Origin: Lophium mytilinum
Taxonomy: Eukaryota
Length of the DNA stretch: 64,000 bases
Assembly: GCA_010093605.1 (NCBI GenBank)
Contig: MU004181.1
Location: forward strand, 3,038,001-3,102,000
Direction of reading: 5' to 3'
Each line of letters opens with the position of its first letter. Within the stretch, counting starts at the first letter, position 1. This document shows, one piece after another, positions 1 through 12,325 of this stretch. The notes beneath the pieces were generated by a model, which did no database searches, was not told the DNA's origin, and saw only the letters and a program-made list of their open reading frames with translations. Both the position numbers and the translations under genes were made by a program.

Positions 1-48
1 CCCTATGAAGGCTTTCGTACCAGAAGCTGATGTACTGTTTATTTGTAG

Positions 49-842
49 CCTCGAGAACTCCGAACCCGTCTTCCGCGGCCGTAAACTCGTCCTAAACTAC
101 ACCGGCGGATCCTACTGCTCCTCCGGCCATTCGAAGCGTGCCCTCCTCCCTCACGATGCTGAACACCTCGCTACCCGCGAAAAGTATGACGATGATGACG
201 ACAAGGACAAGGACGACCCAGAGGACGACGAACCCAAGAAGAAGCCGAGCAAAGGCTCCGACGAACGCCGCAAGTCTACAATCATATCTCTCTTGTGCGA
301 AAAAGATCCACTGGCCACAACCGCAATCGCGTTCGTTGCCGCGAGCGAAGACGAGTGCACCTACTTCTTCGAAGCTAGGACCAGCGCCGCCTGTGGTGGG
401 ATCGAGGCTGCTAAGCAAACGCTCGGACCCGGCGGCGTCTTCGGTGTGATGTGAGTTTAAAGGTCTATTTGGATTTGAGATGGGTCTAACAAGCATAGTG
501 CTTTGATTGCGGCCTTGGTGTACTTCGTCGGTGGCTGTGTATATCAACGCACAGTCATGCATCAACGGGGATGGCGCCAACTGCCCAACTATTCCATGTG
601 GGCTGGAATCGGAGGATTTATCTGGGTAAGAAACACGCTATCAATATCTATGAGCTCTGCTTATCAACGTTCAGGATATGGTCATAATCCTGACTTCCTC
701 ATGTGCACGCCTCCTCCCGTCACGTCGAGGCTACAGCCGAGTCTCCCTAGGCCACGAAAATGGACGAGATCGTGGCCGTGGACACCGAAATGACGACGAG
801 AACCGACTGATTGACAATCTAGATGAAGAGTGGGAAGACTAA
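49..842 (+). CDS. Mannose-6-phosphate-receptor-like vacuolar sorting receptor (Mrl1/ATG27-like), 3' part; 5' exons lie outside the window
   Basis: Exons about 49-450, 499-624, 675-842 with GT-AG introns. Peptide ...LVLNYTGGSYC..STIISLLCEKD..ECTYFFEARTSAAC, TM segment VFGVIVLIAALVYFVGGCVY, then RGWRQLPNYSMW and an acidic tail ENRLIDNLDEEWED*. Confidence 0.8.
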
Positions 843-1808
843 ACCCTTCAATATCCCTTTCGCATTTTACAAGGAGCATGGGGCGTTCGGGTGAATGCAT
901 GGTCAGGGATACGAAGTGTAGGATATGGTTGGCGCTGCATCCTTTTAGTGCTGAAGCTGGCGACAGCCAGAACAAAGCACTCGGAGGAAATCTTTTCGCA
1001 TCTACTGGCTGTTCAATAGACATCATGACACTTATGTATGCCTAGGAAGTGACATCTGCTGTGAGCCCCGTAAAGTAAATAGTGAGCTAGATGGTGAATG
1101 GCTAAAGATGATGCTTTATTTTTCTCGTCCGGAACGCTCGGTTTTGTAGAGAACCAAGTGGCTTTGCTTTTGTGACGATCGCTCGCAGCCAATGAGGCAT
1201 TTCAGGATCCGGGTTGATCCGATGGCCCGAGAGAGAGTCAATTAAAGAACAGTGAAACGCTCACAGTGCGCTCGAATTTGGTGGCTCCCTAGCTCAAACT
1301 TGCTGATAGAGAGCGACACACACTGTAGGCAGGTGAAGACCCATGAAACCGCGTTGCGCCAAAAGATATCCGGCACGTCCTGTCCCAGATAGCTTCGGCA
1401 GCCACGCTCCTTTTCATTTGGGTTGGAGATAACGTTATATGGGAGGCAACGCAGTCGACAGCCGCCAGACGCAGAGAAGGCGCTCATCGTAGTGAAGTAA
1501 AGTGAAAGTAAACACCAAGATCCAAACCTTCGATTCACGAGCGCTCGACAAGAGTTAATAGAGAGCCGCTCTGCCGCCCGGTCCTCCCCGAGGTAAACGG
1601 GTTACCGTAGCAAAAGGGAGACGCCAAACTTGGCTGGCTCCCAGAAAGGCTTGGCGGCCCGGGCGCTCCAGCAAATCTTTCCTTTCCGCCTTTTAAGGTC
1701 TTCTCTTCTGCCAACCTCCTCCATCTTCCCCCATCCCCCGTCTCAGACACCCATCTCCCCTCCGTCTTTTTAGTTCATCAGAGCAGTGGTGCTTACCATT
1801 CCTTCGCA

Positions 1809-3280
1809 ATGGCCGCTCAGCAAGATAAGTCCTTCATGGGCATGCCGGTAAGCATTTCTCCCGAGCCTCCAGCGCCTCGATCCGACCGCGGCGACTCCAT
1901 CATCGATTTTCGGACTGCCATTCCAATGACCTCGTCCACGCCTTGCTCTGCGATGCGACGATTCTCGGGATGGTGTTCTGGTTGTTGTTGATGGCCGCCG
2001 TCGCTGGGCGGCTCAGCTCCGCTGTTTTTGTTCCGCGGGATCGCATCGGTTACTGACCTCACTCTAGGGCTTCGTCGTCGATTTCTTGAGTACGTTCACT
2101 CTCCACAGGCAGTTGCAGACGATTTTTGATGCCATTGGCCATCGAATCTCTATTGCGATGCGTTCTGGATATTTTTGTCCATACGTGCGGCGACTAACTC
2201 CTTATCTACAGTGGGTGGTATCTCTGCCGCCGTCTCGAAAACCGCTGCTGCTCCCATTGAGCGTGTCAAGCTCCTCATCCAGAACCAGGTACGTCCCTAA
2301 ATACACAGATCTGGCTAGGGCAGCTGTCTCTAGCCCCCGTGAGCTGGCGCTAACAGCTTTCCAGGATGAGATGCTGAAGTCCGGTCGTCTCGACCGCAAG
2401 TACGATGGCATTGTGGAGTGCTTCCGCCGAACCACTCAACAGGAGGGTGTCGTCTCTCTATGGAGAGGTAACACTGCCAACGTCATCCGTTACTTCCCTA
2501 CCCAGGCCCTGAACTTCGCCTTCCGCGATACCTACAAGTCCATGTTCGCCTACAAGAAGGAGCGTGACGGATACGCCAAGTGGATGATGGGCAACTTGGC
2601 CTCCGGTGGTGTATGTCTACTCAGCCCCCCTCCAATTGAAAACTACTAATATGTGAAACAGGCTGCTGGTGCCACTTCGCTTCTCTTCGTCTACTCTCTG
2701 GACTACGCCCGTACCCGTCTTGCCAACGATGCTAAGAACGCCAAGAAGGGTGGTGACCGTCAATTCAACGGTCTGGTAGACGTCTACAAGAAGACCCTCG
2801 CTTCCGATGGTATTGCCGGTCTGTACCGTGGTTTCATGCCCTCCGTTCTCGGCATAGTCGTCTACCGTGGTCTGTACTTCGGCATGTACGACTCCCTGAA
2901 GCCCGTCGTCCTCGTTGGTCCTCTTGAGGGCAACTTCCTCGCCTCGTTCTTGCTCGGTTGGTCTGTCACCACTGGTGCTGGTATCGCCTCTTACCCTCTG
3001 GACACCATCCGTCGTCGCATGATGATGACCTCCGGTGAGGTATGTATAATCGTTCTCCTATCATTACTGCTATTTTTGCTAATCCGATTTCTAGGCCGTC
3101 AAGTACAAGTCTTCCCTCGATGCCGGTCGCCAGATCATCGCTGCTGAGGGTGTCAAGTCTCTGTTCAAGGGTGCCGGTGCTAACATTCTCCGTGGTGTCG
3201 CCGGTGCCGGTGTGCTCTCCATCTACGACCAGGCCCAGCTCATCATGTTCGGCAAGAAGTTCAAGGGTGGATCTGGTTAA
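1809..3280 (+). CDS. AAC: Mitochondrial ADP/ATP carrier
   Basis: Spliced model [49 protein letters not shown]...; [26 protein letters not shown] signature, ends KKFKGGSG* (TAA 3278-3280); 22-nt exon at 2068-2089. Confidence 0.97.
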
Positions 3281-3958
3281 GCAACTGTCTGAGACCTAGG
3301 AGGGGAGATAATGGCGACCGTGGTTGTGTCGCGGTGGTAGACTGGATAGAGCAATACCAAGCCCGCGAAGGCGGAATATTGTTCTGGTCACGAAAGCACG
3401 ATGCGGTCATGGGAAGACGGGTCGAGCCTCCACTTTTCCTAATTCCAAGCCTCTGTACTTTACTGCCTGGCAATTTTTCACCCCCATCACACTGTACTAC
3501 TCCTGGCTTGCATGGTCAATCGACTCCTCTTCCATTTGCTTTATTCCTGTTGCTCTTGCGACTGACTGGCTGCGCGGTTGGGTTTCCTGGTGTCGTTGGG
3601 GGCTCAACATGTTGATAGATGTTGCGATTTTCTCCGGCAAGGGGTTCAACGGTCTGCGGCTCTGGTCGATCAAAATAACTAGCATAGATTGTTTGTTTTC
3701 CCTACAGACTGTTCTATGGTGAATCTTCGTGATACTGCTTGATATGGAGATATGTGGGTTCGGTCACGTGTCGCTGATGTCACTGCTGCCCAAAACGGCA
3801 ATCAGCTACCACCGAGGACAACGTACCTGCCTCAAAGGCAAACAACTTCGCCATCCATCTCTCTACTCCACGACTACAATCCCATAAATCCTCTACTACC
3901 ACTGTATTGCTCCATCCGCAATTGTCGAACTACCACAAATCCATCAAATCCATCCACC

Positions 3959-4696
3959 ATGCCTCCAATCCCACCCATTCCCATCCACGCAAACGACCCC
4001 ATCAACGCCTCCCACGACGCCGCCTCTTCCGCCTCAACATCCTTCACCACCGCAGCAAAGGCCGACGGCATCACACCTCGCACCGCCAATCCCCCTCCCA
4101 CCCGCACCGCCCCGGCCTCCGTCCCCGCCACCACAACCGCCGACCCCTCAGCACCTCCCCCGCCTCAACCAGGCGCGCGCCCACTCCCTCCCACCGCCAC
4201 AGCGCGCGAAACAGGCTATAATACCGCCCACCCCGCGCCACCGCAGCCGCTACCCGGCATCAACGTCCCCCGCAGCGTAGAAGCTACAGTGACCAGCACG
4301 GCGACATACCAGCAGATGCCCACGCCAGCCGCGTTTGGCTACCCCGCGCCGACGGGCTCGCAGAGTAGGGGGACGGATACGACGAGTACGCGGGAGCAGA
4401 GGGCGGGGCCGACGACGTTGAGTATGGGGCCGGCGGGGAGCGCGTATCAGCACGAGGACCAGCAGCAGCCACAGCAGACGAGGGCGAGTTTGGAGCATCC
4501 GCCGGGGTATGTGCAGGATCCGTATGCGTCGGCGGATGGGAGTGCGGCGCAGCGGCGGAGCTTGGAGGATGCGAAGGCCAGGGAGGCGGAGGAGGGTGGG
4601 GTGGGAAGTGCGGTCTGGGGGGCGTTGGGGAGGGCGGGGGAGGCGTTGAAGGGGGCGGAGGAGGCGGTTTGGAGGAGTGTGGGGAGGAAGGGGTAG
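3959..4696 (+). CDS. Hypothetical Pro/Thr-rich fungal protein
   Basis: Intronless ORF from ATG 3959; low complexity, with LEHPPGYVQDPYA and a C-terminal amphipathic GSAVWGALGRAGEALKGAEEAVWR segment. Confidence 0.65.
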   Translation: MPPIPPIPIHANDPINASHDAASSASTSFTTAAKADGITPRTANPPPTRTAPASVPATTTADPSAPPPPQPGARPLPPTATARETGYNTAHPAPPQPLPGINVPRSVEATVTSTATYQQMPTPAAFGYPAPTGSQSRGTDTTSTREQRAGPTTLSMGPAGSAYQHEDQQQPQQTRASLEHPPGYVQDPYASADGSAAQRRSLEDAKAREAEEGGVGSAVWGALGRAGEALKGAEEAVWRSVGRKG

Positions 4697-4831
4697 ATAA
4701 GGGGGTTTTTGAGGGTGGGGAGGGAGGGAGGTTGTGTAACTAATGAATAGAAACTGGTATCAGAAGGCTTTGAAGTCGTTGATGTCATGGTGTGAAGTTT
4801 CGGACGTGGTTCGTGTGTTATTGAGAACGAT

Positions 4832-6773
4832 CTACAAGCTAGTCGACCCGCCGAGCTTGATGCAAACAGCCTTCGTCTCTAAGAAATTCTCCATCGAGTA
4901 CCTATAGCCCTCCCTCCCGCTGCCAGAGCTCTTATACCCACCAAAAGGACCATCTTTCATATGCGTCGGACTCGTGCAGTTGATACCTACAACCCCACTC
5001 TCCAACTCCTTCGCAAACCGCATCGCCCGATCAATATCCTTCGTAAAGACACTCGCATACAACCCAAACTCCGTATCATTCGCCTTCGCCAACACCTCCT
5101 CCTCCGTCTCAAACGTATTGATATTAACCACCGGTCCGAAAATCTCCTCTCGCATGATACTCGAGTTCTCCGGCGCACCCGTGAAAATTGTTGGGCGGAT
5201 AAAGAACCCGTTCTGCTCTGCCGCCGCCTCCCCGCCCATCACGAGCTGCCCAACCTTCTTCCCGTCCTCGATGTACCGCAGCACAGTCTCGTGCTGCGCC
5301 GCGTCCGCCTGCGGGCCGTGGTTCGTCGCGGGGTCGAGCGTGTCGCCCATCGTGACGAGCGCGAAGGTTTTTTGGTACGCGGCCATGAACTCAGCGGCGA
5401 TGCTGGCTTGCACGTAGATGCGGCTGTTGGCCATGCAGACTTGGCCGCTGTTTTGCTTCATGCTTTGCACGGTGGCGGCGACGGCGTCGGAGAGGTCGGC
5501 GTCGGCGAAGACGATGGCGGGGGATTTGCCGCCGAGTTCGAGTAGGACGTGCTTGAGGTTGGATTTGGAGGCCGCGGCTTGGATCAGGCGGCCGGTGCGG
5601 CCGGAGCCGGTGAAGGTGAGGGCGCGGACGTCCATGTCTGAGGGGGTAAGGGCATGGGTTAGCGGGTTTGTTTTGATGAAAGGGGGGTTGAGACAGATAC
5701 TAGAGCCTCTGGTGTTGCTTGTTCTTGAGTGCCCCTTAAATCGCGTTTGACAACCGATTTTGGCATAAACCGGTATGAAGCGGTTCAAATATGGGCTCAA
5801 ATGCGAACTTAAGCGGGTGTTGAAACATGACATAGATCGTATTTCAACATATTCCCAGGAAGAGTGACACCGGAGGACTCTAGTATATGTAATTGGGCCT
5901 TACGTACGGTGGGAGAGGACGGAGCCGGAGATGTTGCCAAAGCCCGTGATGATGTTGAAGACGCCAGGGGGGAAGCCGGCTTGGAGAACCAAGGTGGCGA
6001 CTTTCGCGGACTGAGGGAGCGTTAGCTGCGATGGTTTTGCATAGATGATCATGTGTAACAGAGTAAGACGGTTAGGTGCTTACGGTCAAAGGAGCCTTCT
6101 CACTGCTCTTCAATACAACTGTGTTCCCCGTGATCAACGCGGGGGCTAACTTGCCAGCCAAGAATAGAAGGGGATAGTTCCAAGGGATGATGGCCGCGAC
6201 TACACCATAGGGCTGTCTAAAGGTCATGTTGACGTATCCGGGGGTTTGAATGCTTGTCGTTCCTTGGACTTCATACCCGGCTTCGGCGTAGTGCTCGATT
6301 CGTGATGCTGCCTCCTTAGCGTCGATGAAATGAGTTACGGGCCGGCCCATAGACATGGCCTCGAGGCTTGCGAGTTCGTTCTGGTTCTCTCGGATCAGTT
6401 GAGCAAGTCTCTTGAGAGGGGCAGCTCGTTCCTCGACGCTGAGAGCTGACCAGGCTGGGAAAGAGGCTTTGGCGGCAGCGACGGCGGCGTTCGTGTCGGC
6501 TTCTGAGGCTTCGTAGACTAAATTAATCTGTTATTATAGGCCTTTTCGGTGTGTCATCTCTTTTCACGAGGCCAAATCTCAAGTAAAACGCTACGAACCT
6601 TTGGCGACCGGTTCCAGAGTGGCGGGGTTTATCAAGTCGAACGTTTTCTTGGACTCGACAAGCTACGTTGGCAAGTCAGAATCAGCTAGATCTGATATGG
6701 CTCATTCATGAGAGTGCACTACCTCTCCATTGATGAGAAGACGAGTCTCGATGTATCTCTTTGGCCCAGGCAT
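4832..6773 (-). CDS. Aldehyde dehydrogenase
   Basis: Start MPGPKRYIETRLLINGE, IIPWNYP, KSSEKAPLT, FTGSGRTG, LELGGKSP, catalytic GQVCMA, EEIFGPV, PFGGYKSSGSGRE; several GT-AG introns, including 5638-5907. Confidence 0.95.
5693..5890. mobile_element. Putative MITE-like foldback inside the ALDH intron
   Basis: Terminal inverted repeat ATACTAGAG-CCTCTGGTGT (5697-5715) versus ACACCGGAGGACTCTAGTAT (5867-5886), TA at both ends, further internal hairpins; the host intron is 270 nt against about 50-90 nt for most introns here. Confidence 0.5.
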
Positions 6774-7698
6774 AGCTCTTTAAGCGTGAGGATCGAAGAA
6801 GTACGCGTTTGAAGAATTGAGGGGAAAAAGTACGAGTAGAGAGCAGAAAGCTACCAGAGAATTTCAAGAAGAAAGGACCAAGTACCCCACTCTAAAACTC
6901 TGGACTAGAAGCTTGGAGATGTGCAGATAACGACCCAAATGGGCTGTCTAAATTAGCCCGCGGAGTAGGAGATGTTGTACGCAGTTCAGGTTGCAGCGGG
7001 GGACTCGGATTTAAAGTGTCCGGCGCGGCACAGCTGCAGCTCGAAGCGCATCGATTGCGAAGGATGCTGGACGTGCGCAACCATGCATATTGCCTTGCAT
7101 TGAGCGTTCCGAAAATGGTGGACGCTCCCGAACGCCCTGTGATGGCAATGTGAAGAGCAAGCAAATGTGCCACTGACCCGACATCGCTTGCGTGAGGTTC
7201 GGGATCGGCCCGATGAAATACTAGCTCTAGGAGGGATAGACTAGCTAGATGAACTTCTCTTATTGGCAATTATTTCAACCCGAAGTGCATGCCGGTTGGC
7301 CGGCGTGGGAGTACCTAGGACCTGGCACCGGGTAGAGGGTTGGTAGATCGAGGTGTATCTAAATGGTGGGGTCCTAATCAATCTCGCAGAAGCTCAAATA
7401 TGCATTCAGTTACCCAGTCAAAATTGCAATACTCTTATACCCCAGGTTCAGGGCTTCAACCTGCAAAGTCCACCGCTTTGCTGCAACACTCATTTTTTTT
7501 ATAGCCCCTATGAGTATCATCGCGGCCCTCACGGCGAGGCTGCTCTACCCTAGACGACATTACGTTTCGAGTCACTGCAACTTCTTCGAGGTGTTGAGCA
7601 TCGTGTCGTATGCGAGTGCTTTGGCCTTCGGTTGGTCTAAGATTCGCATGTTGACTTACCTTTGTATTTAGGAGGTGAAGTTGAGGGCTACGGGGGGC

Positions 7699-7899
7699 CT
7701 AACTAGGTGAAGCGATTAGCCAAGAACAACGGCAAAGTAATCTACCTATCGAGATGTAAAACCTGTACCTTATCATCGTGTATTTCTGATAGAAAATCGA
7801 TACGCAGCAAATTATAAGAGTTGGAAGTGCAAGAGGCAATGCCCGGGATTTGAGAAATTGCGGGACGGTCGTTGATTTTAGCCGTCCTACCGGCGCCAT
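7699..7899 (-). CDS. Putative small single-pass membrane peptide (about 44 aa if spliced)
   Basis: ATG 7899; hydrophobic LPLALPTLIICCVSIFY; intron-like 7703-7768 (GTACAG..GCTAAT..CTAG) and a second donor GTAAGT at 7659. Confidence 0.3.
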   Translation of the reverse strand: MAPVGRLKSTTVPQFLKSRALPLALPTLIICCVSIFYQKYTMIRYRFYISIGRLLCRCSWLIASPS

Positions 7900-10622
7900 T
7901 TAGGTGGCTCAACGAGTTGATCAGAGTGGTATATGGGATTGAAAGTCGTGTAAAGTGCGATCAATGCATAGTGTAGAGCTACTTGTTGGTGCAAACGACT
8001 TACTTGTTGGCTTTTTTCGCACTATTAACCGCCTTTTTAGAAGCTTTCAAACATTGAGAGCTTGATGCTGCACCTTTGGTAGTAGGCAGCGTTCATTATG
8101 CACTTGGGCAAATCCCAAGTCTGGTTTCCTTGCTCGAGGTAAGTATAGGGAGCTGGCAGATTGGCGTGAGGGGTGAAGCAAAAGTCTGAGGGAGGCATCT
8201 ACAAGCTCCAGGGAACAAAGAAGCCGAGTATTGATAGAATTCCTGTGACTTCGCTGACAAAATGCAGACATCGATAGAAAAGGAGCAGGAAGTACGGTAG
8301 ATATTAGATATGCCTAAGAATTTCACCCGAGAAGGATGGATCACGCTACTAAGAGCTTGGTGAGAAGACCTCCCTACCTGCACATGATTCGATACATGCA
8401 TGGTGAAGTCCATGAGAGCCTGTCGAACGCAATACTTGACAGAATATGGACCCACGCTACGGAGCTGTTCCTCGTACGTTCCGGTCTTCATTTCGATCAA
8501 GTTCGACTTCCCTGAATCACGAAGGATTGCATACCCACTCGCGATCACCAACTCGGCCCCAGACCAACAAAGAGCTAAATACCCGAAGGATCCGATCAGA
8601 CTCGCAACTTGTCCCGTTTCGGCCGAGAAAGAGGTTGGTTCCAGCGATCACACTTTCGTATTGGGGGCTCACTAGCTGTCAACCATGCAAAACGCCCAAA
8701 TATGAGGCCATGAATGCATTTTCTTTCGAGGAGGAAGCCATGGTGTGACACGTGAGACTGGATCATGTTTTGGAAGATGGCGAGTGAGTGCAAGGCTGAC
8801 TGTAGCGTGAAACTGTGGGGTGGTGCAGCGCTAGGACCTTATTCCCGGACCTGTAGGTGGGAACAAGGTTGTGCAGGATGCTCTTTTTAGACTTATGGAA
8901 TATACCTATTGAAGGCTAATGTCGTGGCGGTAATACTGCATGATGCCTATCAGACTTTGCTTGTATCTGAAGGCGGTGTATCGGATCACCGGAGATGATG
9001 AATAATAGCTATGGAGCATGGACGGCATAGATTCCGCGCCATCTTGGTCGTCGCAGTCGCAAGTGTGGCCATTTTTTGCATAGCCATCCTCCATGGAGTA
9101 GTGGCATGTAGAATTCCGTCATATGCAAGAGACCCCTGCCAAGCGCGAAGTCAAAGGCTCCGTTGCGATCGGCTACCGTTTCACCTCTTTCCAGAAGGTT
9201 TCCCGAAGCAGCAGGTGAATGCTGATCAGTCAGTGTCGCCGCCGCGGTGCGAGAGAAAGGCGAGGCGCTGACATCGGGGCCCGCTGTTCCGAACTGACAC
9301 GATGAAGCAATCGCAGCTCTGGCACTGCTGATGCCATGCAAGATTGGTCTTGGGTACGGTATTAGAGATGCTTATAGGGAGACGAAAAGCTATATAAAGC
9401 GGCCGCGAAGTGGTCCAAAATACACAAGCGAACGCCCCGGCAAACACTCAAGCGGTGTGCAAGGCACGAAGTCTATATTGAGGCGCCCAAAAGCATGACG
9501 GGCGGACGAGGCTGGCGGTACCACGATGTGGCCAGCCCGGCAAAGAAAGGGTGAAGGAGGCTGCTCCACGAAGGCCCTGCAGTTCCAATTGGTGTGCATC
9601 AAGCTTCAAGGCAAGACTCCGCGGGTTTGATACAACGACGTCCGACATCCCGGAGTGCCCGCTGGCGTCGCGATATCACCTGGAAGGAGTTGAGGTTGAA
9701 GGCAGCGGCGGCGAATGGTTTTCGCATGCTGCAGTGTGCTGAGGCGAGAAGTCGAAGGTTCTGCGATTCGATGCGAGGTTGATGCCCTCGGGCGAGCAGG
9801 CCTCGGCTCCAGAAATACGACGCTTGGCGTGGCTATTTTTGGCGGTGCAACTGAGGCTGTGCACCGCTTCTCACCAACCTCAACACACGCCAGCAGCGCC
9901 GGCGACTCTCGCCCGCACGACGGGCTCTTCCCGCTGCAGTAGCCGCTGACGGCGCCCGCGTGCCTCCCCGGTGCCCCTCAGGTGCCCAAAACACAGCGCA
10001 AACTGCTCACCAGGCAGGCTGAGACGAGCATGAGCCGCATCGCGCCGCAGGGACATGCTAGAGGATGCTAGAGGCAGAGCTGGGCCGCGAGCGTCTTCCC
10101 TTTGCGTCGGTCCATCATCCAACTGATCTGCCGCAGCAAGTCGCATCCTCAGGCCTGCCAGAAGCGGCCCAGCCGTCGAAGCAGTGTCTTGCCTCAATCT
10201 CCGCCGGGGCATGGAGCGCAGCGATCCTTCAGGAGAGGCCTGAGCGAGGCGTCCACTGGCCGGCGTCACAGCACATAATGTCCTCTGCTCCCAGCTGCTG
10301 TGGGCATGCTCAGCTAGCCGACTAGATTCTCCTAATTCTGCCACTCGACCGCATTGAGACGTGCAGCTCCATTGCATTTGCCTCCACCACCACCTAAGCA
10401 GCCATCTCGGGACATTCATTCACCACACAGCACGAGCGACGTCGACGGACGCACAACGCCTCTAAAATATCCCACCTGATCGACACCCCGGCCTGCAGAA
10501 CAATGCTACCCTGCCGCCAGTCGGACACCCCTCCGTCGATCGCCCGCCCCGACTATATCTCGTATACTTCCCTCCAGCTGCTCAAGTCGTCTCTCCTGCT
10601 ACTCCAAATTGACCAGCCGTGC

Positions 10623-11696
10623 ATGGCGAGCAACATCCCCCGTCGCCCTGTGGGCCAGCACGCGCCGTGGTCTTCGGACGGCCAGTCTGCTTATCGGGCC
10701 ACTGCGACGGCGGATCCCAGCTCCCATATGGTCAACACCCAAAGGACGGCTCCCGCACCGCAGTATCTCTCCATGCCGCCCTCCTCGCCCACCTCAGACA
10801 GGAGGCAAAGGTTACCTTCTAGTCTACGCTCTCTGATCCGCCGGAAGCCCGAGTCCGATGCCGCGATGCCACAGCAGCCGTCGAAACCAGACCCCAACTC
10901 CTACTTCCCTTCTCGGCCTTCCACGCAACAGGGCGGACTCATGCCGTACTCGTACTATCAGCCCGCGCAGTCTACGCCAGCTCTCTCTGTACCGGCACTG
11001 TCTGCTCGCAGCATGCCGCCCTCCCCAATGGACACCCCTTCGTCGCTCTTCACCCGCTCCGTCTCGGCCCATGTCGTCTCGCCCACCTCTCCCCAGGACC
11101 GCCCACTGCACTCGTACCGCCATTCCTCCTACGAGCCCAGCTTCGAGCCGCAACCTGTACAAACGCGACGGACTTTCCCAGAGACCCAGTTCGACACTCC
11201 CGTGACCACCACCGCTCCCTCATCTCGCATGCAGTACCAGGAGCCCGAAGCGCTTGCAGACGCCGCCCAGTATCGTCTTTTTGTCGAAGCAACAAGCGGC
11301 CTGCCACCCGGGTTCCTCGACATGCAAAGCCCCTTGTCTCCACCCGGTGCTACGCCCTCTCTATTCGTCCGCACTAGCCAAACACCCAATCCAGCGCCCG
11401 TGTCCGCACCTGTTCTAGACCTCTCGAGCCCGCACAGCCAGCCGCATTCGTATTCGCGCCCACAGCCGCAATATCCTGCCCAGAATCAGACATCAGGCTC
11501 CTATGGGTACAGCTCGCAGTCCCAGCGCATTGCAGACGAGCTGGAGCGATTGTCGGGCGATGAGGAAAATCACGATGACGATGAGCTGCCAAACTACGCA
11601 CAGAGCCAGGCGGAGATGAACGAGTTCCGGAGAGCTGAGGCGGCGCGGCGGGCCGCTGAGTTAGAACGGAGCTGGAGGAGTAGAGGGAGGCGGTGA
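10623..11696 (+). CDS. Hypothetical Pro/Ser/Gln-rich protein
   Basis: Long intronless ORF; short ordered motifs AQYRLFVEATSGL and DDELPNYAQSQAEMNEFRRAEAARRAAELERSW. Confidence 0.75.
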   Translation: MASNIPRRPVGQHAPWSSDGQSAYRATATADPSSHMVNTQRTAPAPQYLSMPPSSPTSDRRQRLPSSLRSLIRRKPESDAAMPQQPSKPDPNSYFPSRPSTQQGGLMPYSYYQPAQSTPALSVPALSARSMPPSPMDTPSSLFTRSVSAHVVSPTSPQDRPLHSYRHSSYEPSFEPQPVQTRRTFPETQFDTPVTTTAPSSRMQYQEPEALADAAQYRLFVEATSGLPPGFLDMQSPLSPPGATPSLFVRTSQTPNPAPVSAPVLDLSSPHSQPHSYSRPQPQYPAQNQTSGSYGYSSQSQRIADELERLSGDEENHDDDELPNYAQSQAEMNEFRRAEAARRAAELERSWRSRGRR

Positions 11697-12277
11697 CGCT
11701 GCCGTCATTGAGAATTTCAGCAAGGTCACTAGTAAGAATTAGGAGTGAACGTGAAGTGTGTTTTATTTCTTGATCTCCCAGTGTTTCATCACCTAGGTTG
11801 AGGTCTCTACGGATTTTTAAAAAGATGGGCTTCCATCTATGTTTTACGAAGGTGTTTTGAGCGTATGAGTTTTAGAGCACGCATTATTGATACCCTCGCT
11901 TGAAAGAGAAAGACGATTGAGATGCTTTAGTTTCGGGGTGGAGGGCATCTAGTTTGATGGAATCTGTACATATCTAGGTCCGCTGCGAACAACAGTCGTT
12001 TCGGTCTATCTATCCATCTATCATATCCATCCTCATCCTATCCTCACTCTCCAAACATACGTTTTCCCCGTCACCGCTCGAAGGATCTCTCTTGCAACAC
12101 AAGATGCGCCTCTTCCTAATCTCCGATTCGTATTCCAAATTAGCGGATCCCACAACCGAAAGCAGCGACGCGGACAGCAGGCCACTGGCGATACAAGGAG
12201 CATCTGGATGTCGCCATCCCGAGTAGCTCGAGTCTGACATGCATGCGCGACCAGCAGCGTTCGGCCGAGTGCGCGAG

Positions 12278-12325
12278 TAAACGCTTTCGGAGGCTGTAGA
12301 CTAAACGCTTTCGGAAGTTGTAGAC
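12278..12325. repeat. 24-bp tandem duplication
   Basis: TAAACGCTTTCGGAGGCTGTAGAC / TAAACGCTTTCGGAAGTTGTAGAC. Confidence 0.85.

Noticed and set aside
8047..10420. Numerous short ORFs and a TATA-like site at 9391
   Set aside because: No family motifs or codon coherence; consistent with chance ORFs in intergenic DNA.
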